The notes under the pieces are model-generated. The model did no database searches and was not told where the DNA came from. It saw nothing but the letters and a program-made list of their open reading frames with translations. Both the position numbers and the translations under genes were made by a program. This document shows, piece by piece, positions 9,294 to 17,258 of a stretch of DNA of 64,000 bases; position 1 is the first letter of the stretch; each line of letters begins with the position of its first letter. Source of the stretch: an uncultured Clostridia bacterium (GTDB lineage Bacteria > Bacillota > Clostridia > Christensenellales > CAG-314); assembly GCA_947623225.1 (NCBI GenBank), contig CANQGO010000003.1:15349-79348 (forward strand), read 5' to 3'.

Positions 9294-10129
9294 AATTTTT
9301 GTATTTTACTCCTTATATACTCTACCGCTTGCGGAATATCTTCTCCCGTGGTACCCTCAAACACCAACTTGGCAGAGGGATCGCAAGCGTAAATTTGTTT
9401 CAAAACATAATCGTAATCCAGTATACCTTTGCCTACCGGGCACTGCACCAACTTGCCATCCCGTATATCAAAATCTTTCAGATGGAAAATCTCGATTTGC
9501 CTACCGAAGACAGCCAGGCCTTCGTTCAGGATCCGATAGCAACTGTCCGCATTAGAGACGTCGAGGTAGTTGTACAGATCGAATATAACTTTTACGTTGG
9601 GTCTGTTTATAAGGTCTATCGCCTGTTTCAGGCGCGCCACGCTGTGACATACATGACCGGACGCGCCCTCCATCGCAATGCTCACTCCGCACTCTGCCGC
9701 ATAGTCGGCGAGTTCCGCAAATGTTCTCACGACAATTTGCAAAGCCTCATCGGTACGATTGCCCGGGTGATAAGTCCATTTGTCGTCATTGTAACTACCT
9801 GTCTCCGATCCGACATATCCGCAACCGAGCGACTTGGCGCAGCGAATATATTCTTTGAATATTTGCTTGCAGGTATTTACTTTTTCGACGTTTGAGTGGA
9901 CAGGATTGAAATACGCCCCTATGAGTGCAACTTCCTTACCGGCAACGGCAAGTGCCTTGCCTATCTGTTCTGCCTTGTCAAGGTCTATGCCACCTACGGC
10001 ATAAGGCACTTCGGGAAGCACCTTGTATGCGACAAGTTGCACCCCGTCCAGTTGCAGACTGTCCAATCTGTCTATGACACTATCTATACCCTTGACACCA
10101 AGGTCGTGAGCACGGATATATAACTTCAT
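9284..10129 (-). CDS. Sugar phosphate isomerase/epimerase family protein (xylose-isomerase-like TIM barrel); role unassigned
   Basis: 281 aa with the alternating beta/alpha pattern and metal-ligand style motifs (IAMEGASGHV, IFHLKD) of the AP-endonuclease-2/xylose-isomerase-like TIM family. Its start abuts the kdgK stop (TAG then ATG). Its 3' end overlaps kduI by 10 nt. Confidence 0.75.
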   Translation of the reverse strand: MKLYIRAHDLGVKGIDSVIDRLDSLQLDGVQLVAYKVLPEVPYAVGGIDLDKAEQIGKALAVAGKEVALIGAYFNPVHSNVEKVNTCKQIFKEYIRCAKSLGCGYVGSETGSYNDDKWTYHPGNRTDEALQIVVRTFAELADYAAECGVSIAMEGASGHVCHSVARLKQAIDLINRPNVKVIFDLYNYLDVSNADSCYRILNEGLAVFGRQIEIFHLKDFDIRDGKLVQCPVGKGILDYDYVLKQIYACDPSAKLVFEGTTGEDIPQAVEYIRSKIQKLCN

Positions 10130-11152
10130 CTATCTCTGCACCCTGCCGCTGGCGTCACCGTTTTTCAACGTTTCCACTTCTCTCTCGGATACAAGGTTGA
10201 AGTCACCACGGATTGTATGTTTCAATGCGCTTGCCGCCACCGCAAATTCCAATGCTTCTTTGAAATCTCCGTATTTGAGCAATCCATGTATAAATCCGGC
10301 ACTGAAACTGTCTCCGCCGCCCACGCGATCCACTATGCGAATGTCATACTTTCTCGAACGATAGAATTCCTTTCCGTCATACGCCAGTGCGCTCCAACCA
10401 TTGTCGGAAGCAGAATAACTTTCTCTGAGGCTGGTGACTACATACTTAAAACCGAACTTCTTCTGCATCTCGGTAAATATCTGTTCGTAACCGCCGAGTT
10501 CCAGCGAGCCCTGCGTCACGTCGGTATTGCCCGGTTTGAAGCCGAGACATTTTTCGGCGTCTTCCTCGTTACCTATACACACGTCCACATACTTCATCAG
10601 TCGGGTCATACATTCCTGAGCCTGCTGCGGAGTCCATAGTTTTTTGCGATAATTGAGGTCTACGCTTACGGTAACATTGTGTTTTTTCGCACAGATGAGT
10701 GCCTGTTCCAACACTTGCTGCGCACTTTTTCCCAAGGCGGGAGTGATCCCCGTCCAGTGAAACCACGTAGCGTCGCGAAAGATCTCTTCGAAATCGAAAT
10801 CCTGCGGCAGGGCCTCGGATATAGCACTGTGCGCACGGTCATAGATGACTTTGGAAGGGCGCATGCTCGCTCCTGTCTCCAGGTAATATATTCCTATTCT
10901 GTCTCCGCCGCGTGCGATATAATCCGTATGTACGCCAAACCGTCGCAACGAATTGACGGCGCACTGGCCTATCTCATGAGCCGGAAGTTTGGTAACGAAA
11001 TAGGAATCATGTCCGTAATTGGCAAGCGAAACAGACACATTGGCTTCGCCGCCACCGTATACAGCATCGAAACTCTCCGCTTGCACGAAACGGTCATAGC
11101 CGCACGTGGACAAACGCAACATTATCTCACCGAGTGTTACTACTTTTGCCAT
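10130..11152 (-). CDS. kdgK: 2-dehydro-3-deoxygluconokinase (PfkB family)
   Basis: 340 aa. Opens MAKVVTLGEIMLRLST and has the C-terminal PfkB motif DRVGGGDSFSAGFIHGLL. It sits next to eda. Confidence 0.92.
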   Translation of the reverse strand: MAKVVTLGEIMLRLSTCGYDRFVQAESFDAVYGGGEANVSVSLANYGHDSYFVTKLPAHEIGQCAVNSLRRFGVHTDYIARGGDRIGIYYLETGASMRPSKVIYDRAHSAISEALPQDFDFEEIFRDATWFHWTGITPALGKSAQQVLEQALICAKKHNVTVSVDLNYRKKLWTPQQAQECMTRLMKYVDVCIGNEEDAEKCLGFKPGNTDVTQGSLELGGYEQIFTEMQKKFGFKYVVTSLRESYSASDNGWSALAYDGKEFYRSRKYDIRIVDRVGGGDSFSAGFIHGLLKYGDFKEALEFAVAASALKHTIRGDFNLVSEREVETLKNGDASGRVQR

Positions 11153-11164
11153 AATCGACCTCTG

Positions 11165-12136
11165 TTACTTTTTTTCTACCAAATGAATAGCGAATCCCGC
11201 CACTTCTTCTTTCAGGTAAGCGACCGTGATCCTACCGCTTGCATCGTACTTGAAACTGTCATGGTCGAACTCCACGCCCGCCATCTCCAGCTGGGCGACA
11301 GCACGACGGATATTGCCTGTAGATACGGCTATATGTCCGTGCGTACCTCTGCCGTTGTGCTTCATACACTCTATCTCTTTGCCTGCGAATACGCTGCTAT
11401 TGCCCACCTTGACTTGCCAACCGAACAAACGCTCGAATTGAGAAGCGGTACGGATAGCGTCCTCTTCGTCGGTACTGTTGATGCCGACATGCACCAACTG
11501 AAAGTCCAGCATCTTTCTGACCGCTGTCTTGCACAATTCGGTTATGCCTGTCCAGTCCTCCGCCTTGACCAATGCGTCGGGGACGATCCAACTGCCGCCG
11601 CAGCATACCACTTTTGGATTGGCGAGGTAAGTATTCAGGTTATTCTCGTTGACGCCGCCCGTAGGCATGAACTTCATTGCGAAGTACGGCGCGCTTATGG
11701 CCTTGATATATGCCACTCCGCCCGCCTGCTCCGCCGGGAAAAATTTGACAAAATTCAGTCCAAGTTCCATCGCCTGTTCTATTTGCGAACCGTTGGCTAT
11801 ACCCGGGACAAAAGGAACGCCCTTGTCCAGACAATGCTGCACGACCTTCGGATTGAGTCCGGGTGCCACACAGAATTTGGCTCCGGCAGCAATAGACGCA
11901 TCTACCTGCTCCGTAGTGAGAACGGTGCCTGCGCCCACCAACATATCCGGGAATGCCTTCGTCATGGCAGATATCACCTTGTCCGCGCCTTGTGCACGAA
12001 AAGTGACTTCCGCAGCACGAATACCGCCGTCATACAATGCTTTTGCAAGATAAACCGCATTTTCGGTCTTTTCCAACTTGATGACGGGTATGATCCCGGT
12101 ACATTCCATTTGTTCGACAAATTGTTGATTGGTCAT
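11165..12136 (-). CDS. eda: KDPG/KHG aldolase fused to a C-terminal VOC (glyoxalase-like) domain
   Basis: The first ~210 aa are Eda-like (IIPVIKL, GIRAAEVTFR, VGAGTVL, VKFFPAE, FMPTGGV). The last ~110 aa (LVHVGINSTDEEDAIRT...THGHIAVSTGNIRRAVAQLEMAGVEFD...GFAIHLVEK) look like a beta-alpha-beta-beta-beta VOC module. Confidence 0.9.
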   Translation of the reverse strand: MTNQQFVEQMECTGIIPVIKLEKTENAVYLAKALYDGGIRAAEVTFRAQGADKVISAMTKAFPDMLVGAGTVLTTEQVDASIAAGAKFCVAPGLNPKVVQHCLDKGVPFVPGIANGSQIEQAMELGLNFVKFFPAEQAGGVAYIKAISAPYFAMKFMPTGGVNENNLNTYLANPKVVCCGGSWIVPDALVKAEDWTGITELCKTAVRKMLDFQLVHVGINSTDEEDAIRTASQFERLFGWQVKVGNSSVFAGKEIECMKHNGRGTHGHIAVSTGNIRRAVAQLEMAGVEFDHDSFKYDASGRITVAYLKEEVAGFAIHLVEKK

Positions 12137-12170
12137 AACGATATACTCCTGATACTACTTGTACAAAGTA

Positions 12171-12199
12171 ATTATACATACACTTTTTTTGGGTGTAAA
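12171..12199 (-). promoter_or_regulatory. Candidate sigma-A promoter for the eda-kdgK-TIM-kduI-msmX operon
   Basis: Minus strand reads TTTACA (12199-12194), 17 nt, TATAAT (12176-12171). Confidence 0.45.
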
Positions 12200-12218
12200 T
12201 ACCAAAATTATATATTTT

Positions 12219-12234
12219 TATGCACAAAACAGAC
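12219..12234 (-). promoter_or_regulatory. Conserved box GTCTGTTTTGTGCATA (copy 3 of 4)
   Basis: The reverse complement of 12219-12234 matches the recurrent box at 13 of 16 positions. It lies about 20 nt upstream of the eda -35. Confidence 0.45.
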
Positions 12235-12283
12235 ATTTTGCCACGTACGGAAAGCATGTACGGCACACAGCCCTATATGGCAT

Positions 12284-12310
12284 AAAAAAACGGCGAAATT
12301 CGCCGTTTTC
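12284..12310 (-). terminator. Rho-independent terminator after kduD
   Basis: Minus strand reads GAAAACGGCGAATTTCGCCGTTTTTTTATG: a CGGCG/CGCCG stem extendable by A-U pairs, then a run of 7 U. Confidence 0.7.
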
Positions 12311-12322
12311 GTTATGAACGAT

Positions 12323-13078
12323 CTATCTGCCCAGCCAACCGCCGTCCACTGCGATAGTGAAGCCGTTGACGTAGTCGCTCGCTGCAGATGCGAGGAAAAC
12401 TCCCGCACCCATGATATCATCCGGGGTGCCCCAGCGTCCTGCCGGTATACGATCCAGAATGGCTTCGCTGCGATTGGCATCGGCACGCAGTGCCTGAGTA
12501 TTGTTGGTAGCCATATATCCGGGAGCGATAGCGTTTACATTGATCCCATAAGGTGCCCATTCGTTTGCCATAGACATTGTGATACCCTTGACTGCGGATT
12601 TACTTGCGGTATAACTCGGCACTCTGATGCCCCCCTGATAACTGAGCATGCTGGCTACGGATATAATTTTGCCGCCACCGCCCTGACGTATAAACTGACG
12701 TGCAACGGCTTGGCTGAAGAAAAATACCGTCTTGGCATTGACAGCCATCACGCTGTCCCAATTCGCTTCGGAGAAGTCTATGCAATCTTCACGCTTGATA
12801 ATACCTGCGTTGTTGACAAGGATGTCTATTTTGCCGAATTTCTTCACCGTCTCGGCTATGATCCTGTCTATCGGCTCCAACGTCATAAGGTTTTCCACCA
12901 TAAATTGGAAATTCTCCTCGCCGAGCATCTCCTGCGTAGCGGTACTGGGAACGACGGATACACCCATCACTTTTGCGCCCGCTTCCACGAATGCCTTGCA
13001 AAATCCCTGCCCGAGACCGGTATCGGATCCTGTAACTATTGCCACTTTGCCTTTCAAACTGAATTTATCTAAAATCAT
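12323..13078 (-). CDS. kduD: 2-dehydro-3-deoxy-D-gluconate 5-dehydrogenase (SDR)
   Basis: 251 aa. MILDKFSLKGKVAIVTGSDTGLGQG closely follows the E. coli KduD N-terminus. The SDR YxxxK motif is present (YTASKSAVKG). Confidence 0.92.
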   Translation of the reverse strand: MILDKFSLKGKVAIVTGSDTGLGQGFCKAFVEAGAKVMGVSVVPSTATQEMLGEENFQFMVENLMTLEPIDRIIAETVKKFGKIDILVNNAGIIKREDCIDFSEANWDSVMAVNAKTVFFFSQAVARQFIRQGGGGKIISVASMLSYQGGIRVPSYTASKSAVKGITMSMANEWAPYGINVNAIAPGYMATNNTQALRADANRSEAILDRIPAGRWGTPDDIMGAGVFLASAASDYVNGFTIAVDGGWLGR

Positions 13079-13099
13079 ATCTTATCCTCCTGAAAACTA

Positions 13100-13128
13100 A
13101 TATTACCCTATACCGCTGCGCTTTGCAA
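13100..13128 (-). promoter_or_regulatory. Candidate sigma-A promoter for kduD
   Basis: Minus strand reads TTGCAA (13128-13123), 17 nt, TAATAT (13105-13100). Confidence 0.4.
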
Positions 13129-13163
13129 TTGCAAAAACGCACATTTTTATGCACAAAACGGAT
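13128..13163 (-). promoter_or_regulatory. Two tandem copies of the conserved box (perfect distal copy ATCCGTTTTGTGCATA plus a degenerate proximal copy abutting the -35)
   Basis: The reverse complement of 13148-13163 is ATCCGTTTTGTGCATA. A second CGTTTTTGCAAT-type copy (reverse complement of 13128-13144) starts 21 nt downstream and runs into the TTGCAA -35. Confidence 0.5.
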
Positions 13164-13164
13164 A

Positions 13165-14172
13165 TCACAGCAACCCGACCGCTTTACAGACGGCTATCAC
13201 GGCGAAAAGTGTAAATCCGCTTACCAAGGTGGTCCATACCACGAGTTGTCCCGCCAGATCGTCATCTCCGCCCATTTCCTTTGCCATGACCGCACTTGCC
13301 ACCGCGACGGGCGAAGCAAACAGTGCTATATAACTTGCAAAATGTTCACCGCCGAGCGAAGGGACAATAAAGTATGCCGCCGCTATGGCGATCGCCGGGA
13401 TCACCAACATACGCAGCACGCATACCGCCGTGATATGTTTCCACAATTCCTTTGTAGCAGAGAATCGGAACCTGCCGCCCAATACGATCAAGGCAAACGG
13501 AGTGGCAAGTTGTGCCACATACTCTAACGCCTTATATACAAAGTCTACTTCCGTACCTGCCACCGTGAAACTCTTCAAACGGAAAGTCCATCCCCAGCGC
13601 ACGAAAAGCGCGCGTATGCCCAGCACTACTATGCCTGCAAATACCGCTAAAATAAGCGGATTTGTAACGATATCCTTGCCCATTTTCTTCCAATTGACCC
13701 CGGAATTGCCCTCACGGTCAAATGCAGCCAGTGCCATAACGGACAACGCGTTAAATAAAGGTATGCTGAACGCCGACATGATACTCGCTGCCGCCGCGCC
13801 CGCGGCACCATACAGGCTTGTGGCAAGAGGTATACCTATGATGGCATAACTGCTGCGGCTGAGTGCCTGTACTATCACCCCGCGACGATTATTTGCCTTG
13901 ACAAAGAGGGGAACTATAGCAGTGCACAATGCAAATATTATAATGATCGCGACGCTTCCGTACAGCACAAACCACCAATTTATCTGAGAAAAATCGGCTA
14001 TATTGTATACGTTATAAAATAGCATCACGGGCAAAAACAGTCTGAACACCAATTTGTTGCCTATATTGAGGAAATCGTCGTTCATCAAATGTATGCGTCT
14101 GAGCACATAACCCAACGCAACCAATATGACTATAGGCAATACCGCATTCAGCGAAAAAGCAAGCACATCCAT
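13165..14172 (-). CDS. AEC (auxin efflux carrier) family transporter
   Basis: 335 aa and about 10 TM segments. The opening MDVLAFSLNAVLPIVILVALGYVLRR and the two-lobe hydrophobic architecture are typical of the AEC/membrane transport family. Confidence 0.88.
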   Translation of the reverse strand: MDVLAFSLNAVLPIVILVALGYVLRRIHLMNDDFLNIGNKLVFRLFLPVMLFYNVYNIADFSQINWWFVLYGSVAIIIIFALCTAIVPLFVKANNRRGVIVQALSRSSYAIIGIPLATSLYGAAGAAAASIMSAFSIPLFNALSVMALAAFDREGNSGVNWKKMGKDIVTNPLILAVFAGIVVLGIRALFVRWGWTFRLKSFTVAGTEVDFVYKALEYVAQLATPFALIVLGGRFRFSATKELWKHITAVCVLRMLVIPAIAIAAAYFIVPSLGGEHFASYIALFASPVAVASAVMAKEMGGDDDLAGQLVVWTTLVSGFTLFAVIAVCKAVGLL

Positions 14173-14175
14173 AAA

Positions 14176-15573
14176 TTAACGCGTGATCCAACCTTCTATG
14201 TCGAAATATTGATCCAGATATCTGCGAGTATTCACGAGCATCTCTACAAACAATTCCCTTGCCTGCTGCAGACTGAGTGTGGAACAAAGGGGCTGATTTA
14301 CAAAACTCTCGAATATAACGTCAAGGTCGCGAGTCTTTATCCCCCTATAGCATGTATCCGTATTGACGGCGTTGCGATACACCAATGCTTTGACGCCGTC
14401 CGGCAGCGATCTCGCCACCACCGGCTTGACGCTGTCTTGGTCAAATACACAGTTGGTCTCCACCACCGTTCCGAGCGGCATATCCGGCATCTGACCGACA
14501 TTGACGATATTCACGTTAGACACCGTACGTCCAAAGCCCAACAGAGACTTCATCAACATAATTGCTTCTTCGTCAGACTTGTGCAACTGTACGGGCAATT
14601 CGCCATTGGCAAGGCGAATACTCTCTGCCACACGCTCCGCTTGGCGTTCTTTGCGATAGCTTACCGGTGTGATATGGAAACCCCAGCTCTCCACAGTCTG
14701 CGGATCGCGCAGATACCAACTGTTGTTCACAAACTCAGCAAGATGCCTGTCTCCGGCGGCACCGAGTACTCCATAACGACTGAACAGATCCATTTTGACG
14801 CGATTGTCATAGCAGAAAGGATTACCTACCACGTTTTCTTCCGAAAGTGTGCCCGTATAGAATCCTTTTTTGCCGTATTTTGCAATGAAGTCGGGCAGTA
14901 ACGACAGCAGATCTATGCCGTCATGTTTTGCCTCCGTAATCCAGGTAAAATGGTTGACTCCGCTTGCATCTGTATATATATCGTGACGGTCGGGACGAGG
15001 AATGCCCAGTTGCTCGTGTGCTACTGCGCACAGGAAATTTTGTGCGTGAAATACTTCATGGCAACAGCCAAACGCTTTGATCTGCGGAAATACGTCATAC
15101 AAAGTCTGTACGCATATAGCCATAGGATTGGTGAAGTTGATCACCCAGGCGTTGGGACAGTACTGTTTGATCGCGCGTGCAAATTCTTCGTACAGCGGCA
15201 CGGTACGCATCGCACGCAATACTCCGCCCGGACCTACGGTGTCGCCTACCGATTGATACACGCCATACTTCTCCGGTGCATGCACGTCCGACTCCATCTC
15301 GTCAAATGTCCCCGGCAATATGGACAATGCAACGAAGTCCGCGCCTTTCAGTGCGTCTTCCAAGTTCTCGTATACTGTGTATGTCCAATGTGAAACGGCA
15401 TTATCACAACCGTTGAGCCTATTGCCGATGGCTTGATTGCGCCGAGCAGCCTCTATATCGATATCATAAAGTGCAACTTCTCCTTCCAGGTTTTCCGTCA
15501 AGGCGAGGTCGTTCATAAATACTCGCGCCCACTGCTTGGAGCCGCCGCCTATATAAGCCAATTTGATCTTCAT
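14176..15573 (-). CDS. Glycoside hydrolase family 4 (LplD-like alpha-galacturonidase/alpha-glycosidase; NAD+/metal dependent)
   Basis: 465 aa. It has an N-terminal Rossmann opening MKIKLAYIGGGSKQWAR...VALYDID and a GCCHEV catalytic-region motif. Its pectin-locus context resembles B. subtilis lplD. Confidence 0.88.
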   Translation of the reverse strand: MKIKLAYIGGGSKQWARVFMNDLALTENLEGEVALYDIDIEAARRNQAIGNRLNGCDNAVSHWTYTVYENLEDALKGADFVALSILPGTFDEMESDVHAPEKYGVYQSVGDTVGPGGVLRAMRTVPLYEEFARAIKQYCPNAWVINFTNPMAICVQTLYDVFPQIKAFGCCHEVFHAQNFLCAVAHEQLGIPRPDRHDIYTDASGVNHFTWITEAKHDGIDLLSLLPDFIAKYGKKGFYTGTLSEENVVGNPFCYDNRVKMDLFSRYGVLGAAGDRHLAEFVNNSWYLRDPQTVESWGFHITPVSYRKERQAERVAESIRLANGELPVQLHKSDEEAIMLMKSLLGFGRTVSNVNIVNVGQMPDMPLGTVVETNCVFDQDSVKPVVARSLPDGVKALVYRNAVNTDTCYRGIKTRDLDVIFESFVNQPLCSTLSLQQARELFVEMLVNTRRYLDQYFDIEGWITR

Positions 15574-15609
15574 CTCACACCCCGAAAATACTAAATTTCG
15601 CTATATATT

Positions 15610-15637
15610 ATTATAACAAAGCGGTACTTGTTGTCAA
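15610..15637 (-). promoter_or_regulatory. Candidate sigma-A promoter for the GH4-AEC-kduD region
   Basis: Minus strand reads TTGACA (15637-15632), 16 nt ending in TGT (extended -10), TATAAT (15615-15610). Confidence 0.5.
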
Positions 15638-15651
15638 TGGACAAAACGGAT
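15637..15651 (-). promoter_or_regulatory. Conserved box ATCCGTTTTGTCCAT (copy 4 of 4) abutting the -35
   Basis: The reverse complement of 15637-15651 runs directly into TTGACA. Further upstream on the minus strand are additional CGTTTT half-boxes (GACGTTTTATC, CACGTTTTGGC). Confidence 0.5.
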
Positions 15652-15691
15652 GATAAAACGTCTCTAACTCAGCCAAAACGTGCATTTATAA

Positions 15692-15722
15692 CAAAAAAAA
15701 CACTCAAGCAGAGTGTTTTTTT
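15692..15722 (-). terminator. Rho-independent terminator closing the ~18-kb subtilase/Opp operon
   Basis: Minus strand reads AAAAAAACACTCTGCTTGAGTGTTTTTTTT: a 6-bp stem ACACTC/GAGTGT, a 5-nt loop and 8 U. It begins 3 nt after the stop of the 84-aa gene. Confidence 0.75.
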
Positions 15723-15724
15723 GA

Positions 15725-15979
15725 TCAAGTAAGCAACAAATATACTATCACCGCAGCGAGGCTGAATGCGACAAGGATTATCAGCAATATGGGACCATAC
15801 ACCTGAAACGCTGCCGCTATCATCGCCCGACGTTCTTTTCTTGAGACTTTGACTGCATTTTTGCGTTGGCGATCGCGCTCTTCGAGTTCCTCAGGCGTCT
15901 TGCCTTCCAACCCTGCCATAGAGTAGATCGTCCTGCCGTCATCCTCTTTATAGACGACTTTCGGTTTATTCTTTTTCAT
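15725..15979 (-). CDS. Small tail-anchored membrane protein (84 aa), unknown function
   Basis: The N-terminal half is charged (KEDDGRTIYSMAGLEGKTPEELEERDRQRKNAVKVSRKERR). It is followed by one C-terminal TM helix (MIAAAFQVYGPILLIILVAFSLAAVIVYLLL). Its start overlaps the oppF 3' end by 14 nt. Confidence 0.6.
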   Translation of the reverse strand: MKKNKPKVVYKEDDGRTIYSMAGLEGKTPEELEERDRQRKNAVKVSRKERRAMIAAAFQVYGPILLIILVAFSLAAVIVYLLLT

Positions 15980-17198
15980 CCGACTCAGTCACATCCTCTT
16001 GCAGATCGAACAGGTGACACGCCACAAAATGTCCGGGCGATATCTCTCGCATCTGCGGTGCCGTCTCTTCGCAGCAAGCCATACAGTGTTTGCAACGAGT
16101 ATGGAATTTACAGCCTTGAGGCGGGTTGGCAGGAGAAGGAAGTTCCCCTTCCAACTCTTCAGGTTTTGCTTTTCTGTGCGGATTGGGCACCGGCACGGCA
16201 CTGAACAACGCCTGCGTGTACGGATGGCTTGCATTTGTGCATATATCGGCAGTACTGCCCTTTTCCACTATATCACCCAAGTACATGACTGCGATAGTAT
16301 CGCTGATATACTTGACGACGGATAGGTCGTGCGAAATAAACATATAAGATATGCCCATCTCACGCTGCAATTTTTTCAACAGGTTGATGACCTGTGCCTG
16401 AATGGAAACGTCCAATGCAGATACCGGCTCGTCGCAAATTACCAGATTGGGCTTGACAGCCAACGCGCGCGCTATACAGATACGCTGACGCTGACCGCCG
16501 CTGAACTCGTGCGGATATCTGTCGTAATAGTGAGGTTGCAGACCGCAGCGACGCATGACTTCCAATACGTAATCATGCACTTCGCTCTTTGGCACTATAT
16601 GATGCACCTTGACCGCCTCGCCTATAATAGAACCTACCGTCATACGCGGCGGCAGTGAGGAATACGGATCCTGAAATACCAACTGCAACTGAGTACGCAA
16701 AGGCCGAAGTTGTTTGCGAGTGAGTTTCGCAAGCTCATACTGCTTTCCCTCGGTATCGGTATAGATAGCGGAGCCTTCGGTTATGTCATACAGTCGCAAT
16801 ATCGTTCTGCCGAGTGTAGTCTTGCCGCAACCGGACTCGCCGACGATACCAATGGTTTTGCCGCGTTCCAATTCGAAACTCACTCCGTCTACGGCGCGAA
16901 GAAATCCTTGAGGTTTGCCAAAGAAACTCTTGCCTACGGGGAACCACTGTTTCAGATCGGTGACCTTGAGTATCAGATCGCTGCCGCTTTCCGTTGCGGT
17001 ATCAGTAGCGACTGTCGTCTCGGGTTGAGCCGGCTGCTCGGCGGGAAAAGCAGGAATAGGTTGCTGTGTTTTTTCGGAATGGCGAACGTAACGGACAACA
17101 AGGCAAATGCAAGCGCATATTTGTCCTGCGACGATTACGCCCAAAACACATCCTATCGCTATTGCCGCTGCCTGTGACAGTAAAAGTAGACCTATCAT
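15966..17198 (-). CDS. oppF: Opp/Dpp-type ABC transporter ATP-binding protein (OppF-like) with an N-terminal membrane anchor
   Basis: The track ORF starts at TTG 17231. I prefer ATG 17198 (GGAGGA 7 nt upstream). The NBD motifs are GESGCGKTTLGR, FSGGQRQRICIARAL and ICDEPVSALD, with a Cys-rich C-terminal oligopeptide-type extension. NBD homology starts only at about residue 75. Before it come MIGLLLLSQAAAIAIGCVLGVIVAGQICACICLVV and a Pro/Gln/Thr-rich linker. Confidence 0.88.
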   Translation of the reverse strand: MIGLLLLSQAAAIAIGCVLGVIVAGQICACICLVVRYVRHSEKTQQPIPAFPAEQPAQPETTVATDTATESGSDLILKVTDLKQWFPVGKSFFGKPQGFLRAVDGVSFELERGKTIGIVGESGCGKTTLGRTILRLYDITEGSAIYTDTEGKQYELAKLTRKQLRPLRTQLQLVFQDPYSSLPPRMTVGSIIGEAVKVHHIVPKSEVHDYVLEVMRRCGLQPHYYDRYPHEFSGGQRQRICIARALAVKPNLVICDEPVSALDVSIQAQVINLLKKLQREMGISYMFISHDLSVVKYISDTIAVMYLGDIVEKGSTADICTNASHPYTQALFSAVPVPNPHRKAKPEELEGELPSPANPPQGCKFHTRCKHCMACCEETAPQMREISPGHFVACHLFDLQEDVTESDEKE

Positions 17199-17258
17199 TT
17201 GTTGTCCTCCGTAAACGCTTGCCCTGCACAATGAAATAAAATCATAATATGGGTTTGC

